From Neoechinorhynchus agilis (taxonomy: Eukaryota; Animalia; Acanthocephala), in NCBI GenBank assembly GCA_051530055.1, contig JBMGUZ010000010.1, positions 1-61,232 of the forward strand: a stretch of 61,232 nucleotides of DNA. The letters are read 5' to 3'. Positions 12,234 to 24,505 of the stretch are shown here, in pieces (position 1 is the stretch's first letter; every line of letters starts with the position of its first letter). A program made the translations under genes and the position numbers. The notes below the pieces were generated by a model. The model was not told the DNA's origin. It searched no databases and saw only the letters and a program-made list of their open reading frames with translations.

Positions 12234-12539
12234 TTTCTGAAAATAAGGAATAAATATATTAAACCAGCATTTGTATCAACTATCAAACGTCCAAAAAAAC
12301 AGCAATAAAAAAAGACTTTGAATTAATTATTATGATGGAATTCAAAAAAAAGGTTTTTTTTATTTGGAAAGCAATTGCCCGAGAGCCTACACAGGGCTTT
12401 AATTTTTCTCAATTTCTCTCTATTTTTGAACCAGTGATTGCGCTACAAAGTGAATCGTTAAGCGATTTAACCTTTGTGGTGATCCAGATAGAAATTCAAT
12501 TTTTTAGTGTTTAATAGGCGACTTATTATTGTAATGTCA

Positions 12540-13330
12540 ACTACAAGGAAAATTTATTCAGCGTATCCGCGTCGGAGGATAAACGTCGCAAACAAAAAAT
12601 CCTTTAGAAACCCAGCCCAATCTTGAGGCAATGAGTCAATGTGCCTGAAAAATCCTTGAATAAAAAGTGGCTTATGTTCGGGAGGGCGACCTCTAGAATA
12701 AAAAACAAGGCTGGCGATAGCCCAAGTTTTCCATAGAGTTCTTACATTATTAAAATTCAGCCCCAATTTGCATTCGATTTTGCTACTTTTAGAAGTTTTT
12801 TCATTTGAGTAATGTCTGTCCTAGGGGACAAATTGACTGTGATCGTGTGTCCGAGAATACGCAGCTTATTGGGCATAAAAGAGTTGTTCGATACGGATTG
12901 AGAATTGTTGGATAAAAGTGAATAAAAGAATAGTTTGAAGTCTGCGTATTCGGCTTGAGCGGCGTTTAATGATCAATTTTGTTTTCATTAAATTAAGAGA
13001 AAGGTTCATGTGAGGTAGTATGGTGTTTAGATACTCTATGGATTGTTCGATTAAAAGTTTCAGCCTGGCTGCCCTATGAGATTTCATCACAAAACTGGTT
13101 TCATCTGCATAACAAATCATAGATGCATTAACTTTGAACAATGTATTGAGAAGAAAAAAAGGAATAAAGTGGCGATCCTCGTGGAACATCGTTAAGAAGG
13201 TAATAAAACGTCTTACCAGTATCATCATTTTAATAAAAAGCTTTCGAGAAAAGCTTAGGTTATGTGGAACACTGAAAAATTCCAACATTTCAACGACGAA
13301 GCTTAGGGAGATTTTGAAAGTGCACGTAGA
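12540..13330 (-). mobile_element. LINE RT fragment
   Basis: ICYADET (YADD-like) followed by NLSLNLMKTKLI; degenerate GVPQG-like FSVPHN. Confidence 0.7.
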
Positions 13331-13449
13331 GGGTACGCATCGTCGCCAAAGTTCGAATAAATATCAGCCCACGCTGAGTGAACAGACTCAGCCTTTCAAA
13401 AAACCATTGGCAGCATTTGGATATGCAGTTGTGCTCCCAAGACGAAAAG

Positions 13450-16400
13450 ATTAAGTTTTTTGCGCTAGAGCACGTTCGTAGATGGTGACCAATGGGGTTT
13501 GAAAAAAGACCGGGCGGATTTTTTTTCCCATTTTTAAACCAAGAAGATGCGCCGTGAAATATTTATATCCCGACAGGCATACGGGGAACACTACAACATC
13601 AATTTTTGGTATGGCAGAGAGAAGCATTTGGTTCCTGAAGTGCTGCTGGATGAGGAAATTTTGGGATTAAGGAACCAAACTTTGGCAATATCATTCTGAG
13701 TCAAATCAGAGCAGTTACGGATTGATCTGCGAAATGTGATCGGCGGAGTGATGCCTTTAGAGCAAGAGGAGGCATGAAAATCAAAGATAGAAGTTAGTAT
13801 CTGGTCCAAAGTGGAGGTTTTTAACCAGGAGGTTAGCTCTGATTTCCAATTAATGAATTTCTTCCTCGAAATCGTATTCTACCACTTCGAAAAAAGGCGC
13901 CGCCGAACGCCGTTTGTTGTCTACAGCGAGCTGGCCAGAATTGACTGGAAAGTATTTTGGATTCAAACCTGCAAGGGCCGCGATGCGCGCTAAAATTGAT
14001 AAAAATTGCGCTCTACGTTCAGAAAGGAATATACTTGAAGGCAAACTTCGGGATTCTCCGGGTACCCCGGATCGAAAGGTAGTGATTGATCAAGGTTTGT
14101 TTCGGTTTAATGACTCTAACTCCGGTTTTGATGGAGTTTTGGGATCACTACTTTCTCAATGTCAGGTGGATGATCATAAGCAACCGGTTGTGATGGAGAC
14201 AAAAAGTTCGGCCCGCAAAAGTAGTTATGTCCTTCGTCCTGTAAGGAAAGAGGATTACATAGTGATAATCAAAAATGAAGACCTTTCATCAAAAGAAAGT
14301 AGGATCAAAACAGTCATCAAAGATTTTGGAAAGTCGTTCCCTATGGATTGTAAAATATTTAAAAAAAGTTTCTCCAATCAATTCTCGCAAAAAAATTGTG
14401 CTTTTCTCCGAGAAATTCAAAAGAGCTTTCATTAAATATTTAACCGAAAAAGAAATTCCTCACTCGGATCTATCAAGGAATTGCAATGTACTCTTGCTCA
14501 ATCCGCCTCCCGAGGTAGATGAAAAACGTAAAATTTTTTATGAAAGATACGCTTGGAATTAATTTTATTAAGTATCTGTTTAAACTTAATAGCCAATTCC
14601 CATACGCAATTCTCGGGCAAACGGACATTGACAACGCAAGTAGAAGAGATAGTACCTCTACTGGTTTTTGTTTATTTCATATAACTTTTTGCCGTTTTCA
14701 AGAACCCGATAGTCGAGTACATTTTGTACCGTGAGAATGAGGTAAACTGTACCCATTGCAGTAGAGAGCATTTGTCCAATCAATGTCCCAATAAATCCAG
14801 TAGGAAAGTTGTGAATTGCGGGATGAATCATAAAGCGTATGATCCTAGATGCGGTGAGGCGAAATATTAAAAAAAATCATGAATAGTAGCAAAAATAAAA
14901 TTTCAGCTTCTGCTATAGTGACTTGTAAATTAATTTTTTAAAGAACAAGCTCAAATACATGAGATGAAGAGGGTTGTCTCTGATTTGGAATGTCTAAAGA
15001 GAGAAAATAGTACGTTGAAAGAGGAATTGAAAATATGTCAAAATGTTAACAAGGAACTGTAAATCATCAAACTCAAAAATATTGAGCTTAAGAGCTTATT
15101 AAGAAATTTGATTACGGCACTGAAAAACACATTTTTAATTTGAAAAAATATAAAATAAAATGTGTTTGACAAATTCTTGTTTAATTCTTGTCTTTAAATG
15201 TTATGTTTGTTCGGCAGCTTCCTTGATGGCCGCGGCATTGCTGCGTTGGATTGCCGCGCTGATTCGCTGCAACAGGAAGCTGCTGGATCGCATATCGCCG
15301 GTGGCATGTTTTAGCATCCCTCCCAGTCGTGAGAGGAAATAATCGGCTTCTTTTCCGAGACATCCCAGTGTTTCCACCGCAATCGGGATGAAAATATATT
15401 GATGCCCATCGAGCGAGGAGTACTTCTGCTGCTTCTTTTCCTCGCTGAAGCTGGCGACTGCTCCCGCCTTTGAGGTGGCATCCCGTAAGTGGGATGCTGC
15501 GAGCGTGTTGGAGCAGGTGAAATCCAAAACCAGTATTTTCCCGGAGCACCATGGGAGGAGAGTCGCTCCATCAGGGCGTTTACCTCGTCGATAGGAGAGA
15601 TAAATGAAATTAAGATTTTATTGGATATTTCGATCCACTATCTCGGATATTCTTCAGCGATTGTTCGCAAGTGTTTACGACGTTAGATAGTAGATCGGTG
15701 GAAGGTAATGCTACATGTTTAAAGGAAGAAGAGATGGTCAACAAGGTTGAGGGTAAGATAGTCTATAAGGCTGAAGATGCGCTTAAAAGAGCTCTCTCGA
15801 TTGCTAGAATAGAAGCCGCAAAACAGAATTTAGGGCCTTTAAAAAAAGAATAATTTTAAATACCAATAGATAGTGTTTGTTTTGTAACATGCAATATTGG
15901 GAAATCCAATAAAATATTTGAAGTTGAGGATTTTTTGAGAAATCAACGGGATTTCTATGCTTGTTTTTTACAAGAGACCGGACCATCACCGTCATTTTAT
16001 CCTTCGGAATTTGATTGTTTGCTTACACAACCAGTTCGTTCATCTAGGACGAATTACTCTGGTGGTCTACAATCCTTCCACAGGAAAGATATTTGCCCTA
16101 AATTATTATCCTTTTCTTAACAATAACGATTATGGAGGACCATACAAAATTGTATGGGTAATTTCTTACCGTAATCAAAAATGTAAAATTAATAAATCAA
16201 TGGAGGTAGTCGGGGATCTCCTAGATATTTGGAAGCCTGATATAATTACCGGAGATTCTAATAATAATTTCTTAAATGCATTTAGAGGTTTATTTAAGGG
16301 TAATTATATTATTATTCTACCTAAGGAACCCTCGTTCCACAATTGGTCAAGAGGATTACACTCATTCTTAGATGGAGCAATCATCCAAAACGCCTTAATA

Positions 16401-18260
16401 TCTTATTCTCCCTTGAAATTCAAATGAGGATGCGTTGGCAATCGGGACATAATGTGTTATTTTTTACTAGCTTTGGCCGAAACTCTCAAAAGACCTATAA
16501 TATCAATAACAAATCAATTACTTTGTTCAATAATGTGCCTAACGAAAAGATTCCACGAATTGTTAAACGTGTTGAAGTCCTTACTTGAGTTTAATCGGTT
16601 GTGTTGTTTAGCTCCTGAATTGACTTTAAAGGAGACCAAGAGGTTAGTGGTAAATCAGCCCGATCGTACGTTTAATTATCTTATTAAATTAGAAATATTC
16701 GCCAAAGAAAATGGGTATGATCACATTGCGAAAAATTTTAAATAGAATTATTTTTCCTCACTTTACTGGAGAGAGTTGAATAGGGGAGAAAATTCTTTTA
16801 AATCGTTCAATTTATTCAAAGAGATGGTGGAATATTATTTTAAATAAAAAAAATTGGTTGATTGGAAGTCAAAAGCTGAGGCATGGATAAGGAGTTCCTC
16901 GTTTCCACAAGTCGTTAGATCTATTTTAGACTTCCATATTGGCGAGATTCGCCCGACCAATCAATTTCAATGACAACCATGAGGATTCCGATTTTTTTCC
17001 CTACTTTAAACGATTTTATAAGAGCTCTTGGGCGCATAATACTTTCTCACTCCCACTTACTATTTTTAAACTGCTAAACGACCAAAATAAAACTAAATTA
17101 TGCGAGAGCTTAGTTTTTAACTTGCGAATTCATCAAATAGCGGAAATTAACAAGGTTAAGCGTATTTTTTATTCCTAAAAATAATGTTAAGAAGATAACT
17201 CAACCTAAAGAGCTTAGACCAATTTCGATTCAAGACCCTCTTAATTTCCGTGTTGGAAAGGGCCATTGCCAGTAAGATCGTAGAATTTCTTAAACATAAT
17301 CATTTGATTCCTAGTTTGATACACGGGTCTATTCGTGGCAGATACGTTCATACGCCAATGGAACAGCTCGTGTTTTTTTCTAGGGCTAGACAACATTCTG
17401 TGAATGTGCTCTTACAAATAGACATTTCGAAGGCGTTTGATGAAATCGATCAATCTTAAATTTACAAGGCCATGAGATTTTATAAAATTCCTAGGAAATT
17501 ATTTTATCATGTAATGATACTTTTAGAAACCAAAGGGGCCTTCTTTGAGCTTGATAAGGATAGAATAATCTTTTAACCGTGTGCATGGAGTTCCTCAAGG
17601 CTCGCCACTCTCGCCTATTTTATTCATGATTTACATGGCTATATTATTTAAAACTTTAGATTGAAACCTATGTCAGAAATCCTAATAATTGCTGATGATA
17701 TTTCCTTTTTTTACCACTAAAAGGTTGTCTGGCGAAAATCGAAAAAACTTCTACAGAAGGCTCATCTTTCTGTAAATTTTCAAAATTGTTTTATTATTAA
17801 GCAACGAATTTGAAAAGCACCGAACTTTTATCTAGTTTAAGCGAGATGCTTAAAGTGGTCAAAAACAACAAATTGCCCGGATTATAAAGTTTCATTGTTG
17901 ACATATCCTGGATTTGAATTAGGAAACGATTAGGTTTGAATTTATGGAGAATATTGCTAAAAGAGTCTTATTTCTAGTACTATCTTTTTTTTAAAAGAGG
18001 AAGAGCGCCGGAGCAAAGATTTGCAATGTTTTATAAATTTATGAATTATATCAAAAAAAATTAAATTTTTATCCCGTGAATCTATGAATTTTCCTTTCTT
18101 TTTTATCAAAAGTTTGGTTTTATAATTGTACATTTAAGTTTGCTAAAAAAAATTTCAATTCATAAGATCAGTTGTGTTTGGTGTATCTGAAAGGTAAGTC
18201 TGACAAAACGCTTACTCATCAAATACTTTTTGCAGGACAGTGTAAAATAGAATATGGATC
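13450..18260 (+). mobile_element. Decayed near-full-length APE-RT LINE (ORF1 with CCHC knuckles, APE, RT)
   Basis: CTHCSREHLSNQCP...VNCGMNH near 14745-14830. APE motifs FLQETG and IITGDSNN. RT motifs LRPISIQDP, QIDISKAFD, GVPQGSPLSP, IADDI. Confidence 0.8.
15160..15690 (-). mobile_element. CRE RLE C-terminal fragment nested in the LINE
   Basis: DFTCSNTLAASHL...EEKKQQKY...FIPIAVETLG...TGDMRSSSFLLQRISAAIQRSNAA. Confidence 0.85.
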
Positions 18261-18265
18261 ATTTC

Positions 18266-20917
18266 TTTAGACAATTTTATCTTTCCTTTTACTCGTAGCA
18301 AGTTGCCGCAATGAATCGAATAACTTCATTTAGTTAATTATAAATTTAAATTGTACTCTGGATCTTGGATGCTGATCCGTGCGCGATTTGGGATGTCTTC
18401 TTTCTTTAATTACTGTCTATTTACTCTTGTTGTGTGCACTGTCTGAGTTTTAATAAATAAATAAACTGGAAAATACTTTAACAAGAAAAACGTCTCCGTA
18501 ATGTTTAGCTTGATATAGTTGACACCCAATAAAACGAAGTGATCTGCTTTCGTAAGGTCTAGAGAAAACCTTCTGTGGTTGGTAGAGAAACAGATTAGCT
18601 GTTGAATTGATAAAACAATTAATTTGAGGAAGGGCATAATTAAAATTATTGCCTAAATAAATCCGCGATAGAAGTAATTGGTTAACTGATCTGAACAGAG
18701 CAATGTTTAGAGGGGACAAGTGTAGAACTCTCCTTAAATTACTAATACTTCCAATAGACCATATTAGAGCTTTATGGCCAGCTAAGTTAAAGATAGACAC
18801 CTGCCGCTCTACTTGAATTAACAAATTCATACATTTTCTATTAGGTCTAAGAATGAGTGGATATTTTTCGTTATATTGTGATTGGCGGAGTAAGAGATGC
18901 AGATAGTAAATAGTGAGGTTTAACCGAGTTGACTATGGCCTTGGGCCATTTCGCCGAAGGGTCATTGAAATCGCCAGCAATGAAATCAATGTTAGAATGG
19001 AGAAGGAATTTCGCAATATTCTTAACAGCCGGGCGATGTGATTGGCAACAGTGAAACGCCGGCGATCGAAGAAAAATTTAAAAAGGGAGTAAGACAGCTC
19101 ATTTGAAATAAAGGTAGATATTAAGGATGGATTAAGAGATGCGTGGAAGACAGAAATTAGACCCTGTGACAACATATTCGGGAGAGTCAAATTGAGGTAG
19201 GAAATTGAAAAGTTGAGATGTATTATATAAACTTTTACTTTCTTGGAAAAGAAATATGGAAGTTAACGGTATGAGATTAGTAATTTTAGGGAGATTGGTC
19301 GCCCCCCACAATTCCACTGTAATAGGCACAAATTCTCAGCCATCACCTAGGCTTTTTGGATTTTCTGCGGATCGAGCCAGCTAGTGGGGGGGAATGAGGG
19401 CTGCGATTCCGTTGTTGATCAATTCAGATTGTTCCTTGATGATTCGACTCACGAATTCCGAATCCTTATCTACAAACCCATCCGTGAGCAGGTAGATCCG
19501 ACAATCTTGTCAGAAGTGTACTGACTTTCCTTTCGAAACTGACTAAAATCTCTGTAAGACGAGCTTGCATTGACGTGAGCATGTTGTTGCCGTAGTTCCA
19601 ATTGCTCAATGGTCACCAACTGATTCTTCTTTGACGAAACAGGTATCGAATTCTCTTTTGCGAAGGTCCAGTTTCTGAAGGAAATTGAGGCTGAAGGAAA
19701 TGGATGATTGGTCTTCGAGAGCTAGAGAAGTAGTTAATCTGATTCCTCTATTTTTGAACCAAGCCCAAAAAATTTAAACTCGGGACAACCTTTAAAGAAT
19801 GCAGCATGAGGCCCCTGACAATTTCCGCAGCGTCTCCCGAGTGGATCGGGGCAACAATCTGAGCTGTGATCGGTGTTGGAGCAGTGGCAACACTTTGCTT
19901 GCACCTGATGCGTCCAGTTTTGGCACCAATGTCCCCATTGCTGGCAGAGATTGCATCGAGGGAACGGTTTTTAATATTCCAAAACCAAAACCACCCAACG
20001 CACAGCGTCCAACATCTAACCCATTGCGCGCAACGTCACATCACGACGTCACATCGTTTCGGGTAACGTGTTTAAAAGCTCTACACGTCAAAGAGGAGAT
20101 TCGATTTTGCAGGCAATCTTGTCGGCTAATTGGCGGATAGTAAAACCAATTGCCACAAATGGTGTAGCGTTGTTTGAACATTGAACTATTCGGATGTTTA
20201 TGGCGTAAAAATTAAAAGAATTTTAGTTAAATCCGATTGGTTTCGGTTTAGTCTTGTGTCTTGCCTTGACAGAATGCGTACAAAATTGTGTGTAGCCGAA
20301 ACCAATCGGATTTTCCGAGGGAATTTGTCAAGTGATTTTATCAACCAGTACTCAAGAAGTCCATTTAGAAAGTAGCAACGACCGGGGAGAAGGGCAGGGA
20401 ACTTGGTTCTCTCCTTTCGAGGTTGATATCTCGGTACATTTCGATCATTTTTCGGTCCGGAGCTCGTCGCCGTCTTCTAATTTCTCAACGAAATGAGTGT
20501 CACCGTCTTCTTGGCGTTTAGTTTGAGGACTCCTGGATAAAAGGAACGTACAACCGAAGCAAATCCCAATGATCGCGATATCGGACGTTCCGAAGCTACA
20601 GTCAAATCTTCATGGACAAGCCATAAAAGTTTAAATGCTCGCCGAATAATTAAACGGATCTGAATTCTGTCGTTTTTTCGTATCTTCCAAATCGCCGTCC
20701 GCTTTCTATCGCGCTGCATCCGCGTTCCCTCGCGTCGTTCTGTTTTGTTCTCCGTTGAATCGAGCGACTTTGGCGGTGGTGGAAAATTCTTTACGTTCAT
20801 AACGGCGTCTTAGCGCCTCAAAGCACGTGAGTAATATTTTGAAATTATTGGAGACCTCGGTTTTTCCAATTTAATTTCTTTTTGAAAATGTTCTGCCTTA
20901 TGGCTATAATTAGTGAG
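18266..20917 (-). mobile_element. LINE copy (leader, ORF1 zinc knuckles, degenerate APE-RT); inverted repeat of 58549-61232
   Basis: PRCNLCQQWGH...CCHCSNTDH...CGNCQGPH knuckles; LLQWNCGG...FQES APE start. 18266-20767 is the near-identical reverse complement of 58549-61232. Confidence 0.85.
20640..20917 (-). repeat. ~270-bp LINE leader repeat, variant A
   Basis: Homologous to 44023-44292 (same 5' start TCACTAATTATAGCC), 46851-47132 and 58396-58680. Confidence 0.9.
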
Positions 20918-21480
20918 GCTCTCAGGTGGTGGCAATGGGATGGTGTCAAATTATACTTATCAACTGATTAATTAAAGCAAATTTGATTATGCGAAGGGGC
21001 ATCTCTTTAATCGAGTTGACTGTGCTTGCGGTGATCGAGGCGTATGAAAGCGTAGTTGACGTGCTGAACAAGGGCGTATGAAAGCGTGGTGGATGAACTT
21101 AGTAACAAAAACCTCCATCTAAGGTACAGAAGTTTTTTTGAGATTTAGAGAGACATTCTCCATCGATCGTCTTGATCCACGTCGAAGTTTCGGTTGTAGG
21201 CGATGTGTGGCCTGTTTAATGCAGGCCAACACGTAGCTGCTACCAACATTTCATGGGAGAATGGGAACTCCCGGCTGACCGCCAATCCCATTGCCGCCAC
21301 TGCCGTTTTGCCATCCCCGACCTGTGCAGGGATGTAAACTACATCTTTGGAGTCCACCGCCGCCTTCAACAACACGTCGCCGTGATTTCCGGGAGAATTA
21401 AGATTAGAGGCTCTCAGGTGGTGGCAATGGGATGGTGTCAAATTATGAGTTATTAGGATTATGGCTATACTTATCAACTG
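20918..21480 (-). mobile_element. Endogenous toti-like virus capsid fragments (60-bp micro-copy plus 21145-21480 piece)
   Basis: 21145-21430 nearly duplicates 23640-23890 (HHLRASNLNSPGNHGDVLL...WPALNRPHIAYNRN). 20918-20977 repeats 21408-21480 with a deletion. Confidence 0.7.
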
Positions 21481-21849
21481 ACGCATTATACGGCGATCCA
21501 CCAAAACCGACTTTCCCTCACCAGGAGGACCATGGGCGTGAAGAACTACGAGACTGACCTTAGCCATCATGAGATGATGCGTAGTTGTTACAGTCCGAGC
21601 ACGCCATGCGTTTTGATTCACACAAAGCGCATCTGACCCGGGCATCTTTGATTAGGAGTTTTTTGGGTTTCCCCCATCTCTGACATAATAACTTTGATCC
21701 CGTTTATTCGCTGCTCGTCGTCATCATGAACATTCGCCATCAAAACCGACTGAGTGGATTTACGCAGGAAACAAAGTGCTACATACGCCACGAATTCATC
21801 ATAATTGTAGGTTTGGCAACCAATACGAAACTGTAGCGATTCCTGTGTT

Positions 21850-22750
21850 TTGTGGAAGTCCGGACCACCGTGTGAGCTGAAGCCAGGAGATGCTCTATCA
21901 GCTACTCATAGGTGATCAACTCCACAGCCACCTTTTTGTTCAGCCCAAAAGTTGAGAGCCCCGCCTTTTCCCTGGCTTCTTGCTTGTTCATCGATGATGA
22001 ACCGGAAAGGGCGAAGACGCTCCTCCGCTCCCACCACTCTCTCAGGGTTTGGGCGTGCTTCTGACTTTCTACGAGTTCGCCAGCATAACGGGCGATCACG
22101 CTTTTGAGCTCCCTGTCATCCTCGCAGGAAACCAATCCACGCACAGGATCCTCCCTGCCCCAAGAGCCCGCGGTCGGTTATTACTATCAATCGCCTCAAG
22201 CGGAATGCCAACTTGGGGTTGATGGCCCGCTCATCCACGAACCCTGTTTGCCTCATCTTATCCATTTGGGTTTTCGACATTGCCCAAAGGTTCAAAGGAC
22301 ACACATGCAGCCTGCTTGAATCCAGAAACTCTTGCAAGCCCTCGTCCCAGCAACACCCTAAGAGGAGCACTAAGTTAGTTGCGCAGATAACACATTTGCA
22401 AGATACATTTCTCTGCATTCGAAGGAAGTCACGAAGCTGTGAATCGCAGAAGTTAGTTTTTATTGCCATGATAAACTCCTTTTCATCTTTCAGCAATGCG
22501 ATCCAATCCGTTGCGAGAAGACATTGTGGTTTTGTTAGCAATATCCTGTTCATGGCCGCCGCTGCGCGTACAATGTTCCAATTCGGATGCCCCTCCTCCC
22601 TTGAGTCGCCAAAAACGAACAGGTCGGGCGTTAGCCATCGGCGCATTTGCACTTGACAACAGGGTTTCGCGGAAGAGAAGAGGTGTTGCCGCTGCTGCAG
22701 GGCTCCTTATCTCCCAAATACGTTCATCGACCGCGGTTATGCTGATCGGT
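21850..22750 (-). mobile_element. Endogenous toti-like RdRp N-terminal region (divergent strain)
   Basis: FGDSREEGHPNW, TNLVLLLGCCW, DKMRQTG, LAFRLRR, YAGELV, WWERRSVF, NKKVAVEL all align with the RdRp at 44293-45270. Confidence 0.85.
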
Positions 22751-23034
22751 TGATGGTGAAGCTTCCAGGGCTGGCGGACCTGTCAACGCTGCTGAAGTAT
22801 TTCAAGCGGCTTGGCGGAGGGGAGAAGTGGGTCACAATTGGGGATCGGGTGTTAGGACGCGACCTCAATCCGGATGATTGGGAGTATCGCGGCCCCGGGG
22901 ATGACTTTTCCTCAACCTTCCTGACCCGAACCTCGGCCCATCAAGCAGCGGGCCGGACCCCCCTGCGAAGGGACCCGGAAAGACCTGCTGAAAAGCGGTC
23001 GATGCTGCTAGGCGATTCTTCGGAGCCAAGCCAT

Positions 23035-23560
23035 TCTTCCAAGCACACCCCAGAAGCAGAACCAGGTTCGTTACCGCTGTGATGTTCATTCCTGACTGGG
23101 CCGGCAGCACCTCTGCCAACAGCTCGCCTCGTTCTGAGAACACACGCACAAAGCACTTTATAGCCGACACGAGCGACAATTTCACTTTGTTTTCGTACCC
23201 TCTTGAATTCCCGAGCTGCCGCCTCTGGCAGACCCTCAAACGTTCGGAGTATTCGCAGCCAGGCTTCTGGTGTGAGAGCTTGCCCTATCTTCAAGCGTTC
23301 GATTCGTGATATACGCGCCAGTAAGCGGGTCCCTGCCCAGTTGGGGTGTCCACTCACTCGCTCGTCCCCGAAAAAGAACAAGTTAGGTGACAACAAACTC
23401 TTTATTACCTTGCTGCAACACTCCCCTCTCTTTTCCATTACTTCCCTCGTCGCCTGGAAGGCCTCCTTGAGGGTCCTATGTTGAGCGAAGATGCATCTAA
23501 GGCTGCATCCGCACTCTGCACAGTTCCCTCTCTCTGCTCTGTCGGGGCTTCTCCTGCTCG
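23035..23560 (-). mobile_element. Endogenous toti-like RdRp N-terminal fragment (second strain)
   Basis: IFAQHRTLKEAF...FFFGDERVSGHPNWAG...LTPEAWL...GYENKVKLSLVSAIKCF aligns closely with 44293-44760. Confidence 0.85.
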
Positions 23561-24505
23561 AAGAGTTCGAACCAGCCATAGAAGTGGCACAATCTGGAAT
23601 ACACATCCCAGAGCACCGCCGAAGGGAGTTGCAAATCCTCGACGTCCTGATCCACGTCGAGGTTCCTATTATACGCGATGTGTGGCCTGTTCAGAGCGGG
23701 CCAGCATGTAGTTGCCACCAACATCTCATGGGAGAATGGGAACTCCCGGCTAACTGCCAATCCCATTGCCGCCACTGCCGTTTTGCCATCCCCGACCTGT
23801 GCAGGGATGTAGATCACATCCTTAGAGTCCACTGCTGCTTTCAGCAGCACATCACCATGATTCCCAGGAGAGTTGAGGTTTGAAGCCCGCAGGTGGTGGC
23901 CCCAGCCTATCCTGCGCCTTCCCTCGAAACCTAGTTCAATTAAGCTCTGAGCCACGAGCACTGCTGCCATTCTCATCACCAGCCTCATGGGAGACACTTT
24001 GGCATGACACAGGACCTGCACGGCCTTCGCATGTGCAGGCGAATAATGTTCGGGGCGCGCTCCGCCAATGAACATTGGCACACTTTTCAAGGATGACAAC
24101 CAAGCGTTGTCCTTGATGCTGTCCGCTAGCGGGGCCACCCCATCCGCTAGCTGAACATTGTGCAGGCCTCCCAGCTGGTGTGGGTAGTCACTATAAGTGC
24201 ACTCCACACCAGGGTCGTCCGCCACAATGTCCAGCACCAACTCCCTCTTCTCCTGCCGCCCACAGTCATTCATCAAGAACAAAAGAGTCAATTTGATCCG
24301 TTTTCCTCGTTCCGTGTCCGTGAAGGCCCATGCCTCCGGCAATTGGGCCAACTTATCCAATGGTGCTTTGGCACACAGCAAGTCAGGTGTGCGTGCCGCT
24401 GCTTCACTGTAGCCTCTAGAGGGCGTGCAGTGTTCATATTGATTTGAGTCGGCCTCCGGCGCGACTAAATCAGCTGTTGAGAAAAATTGTGGGTGGATTA
24501 TTCGA
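23560..24505 (-). mobile_element. Endogenous toti-like putative capsid, N-terminal ~310 aa
   Basis: Long open frame VAPEAD...RTPDLLCAKAP...LPEAW...EFPF...LWDVYSRLCHFYGW, with homologues at 39000-40451 and 42620-42905. Capsid identity is inferred from association with the RdRp. Confidence 0.65.
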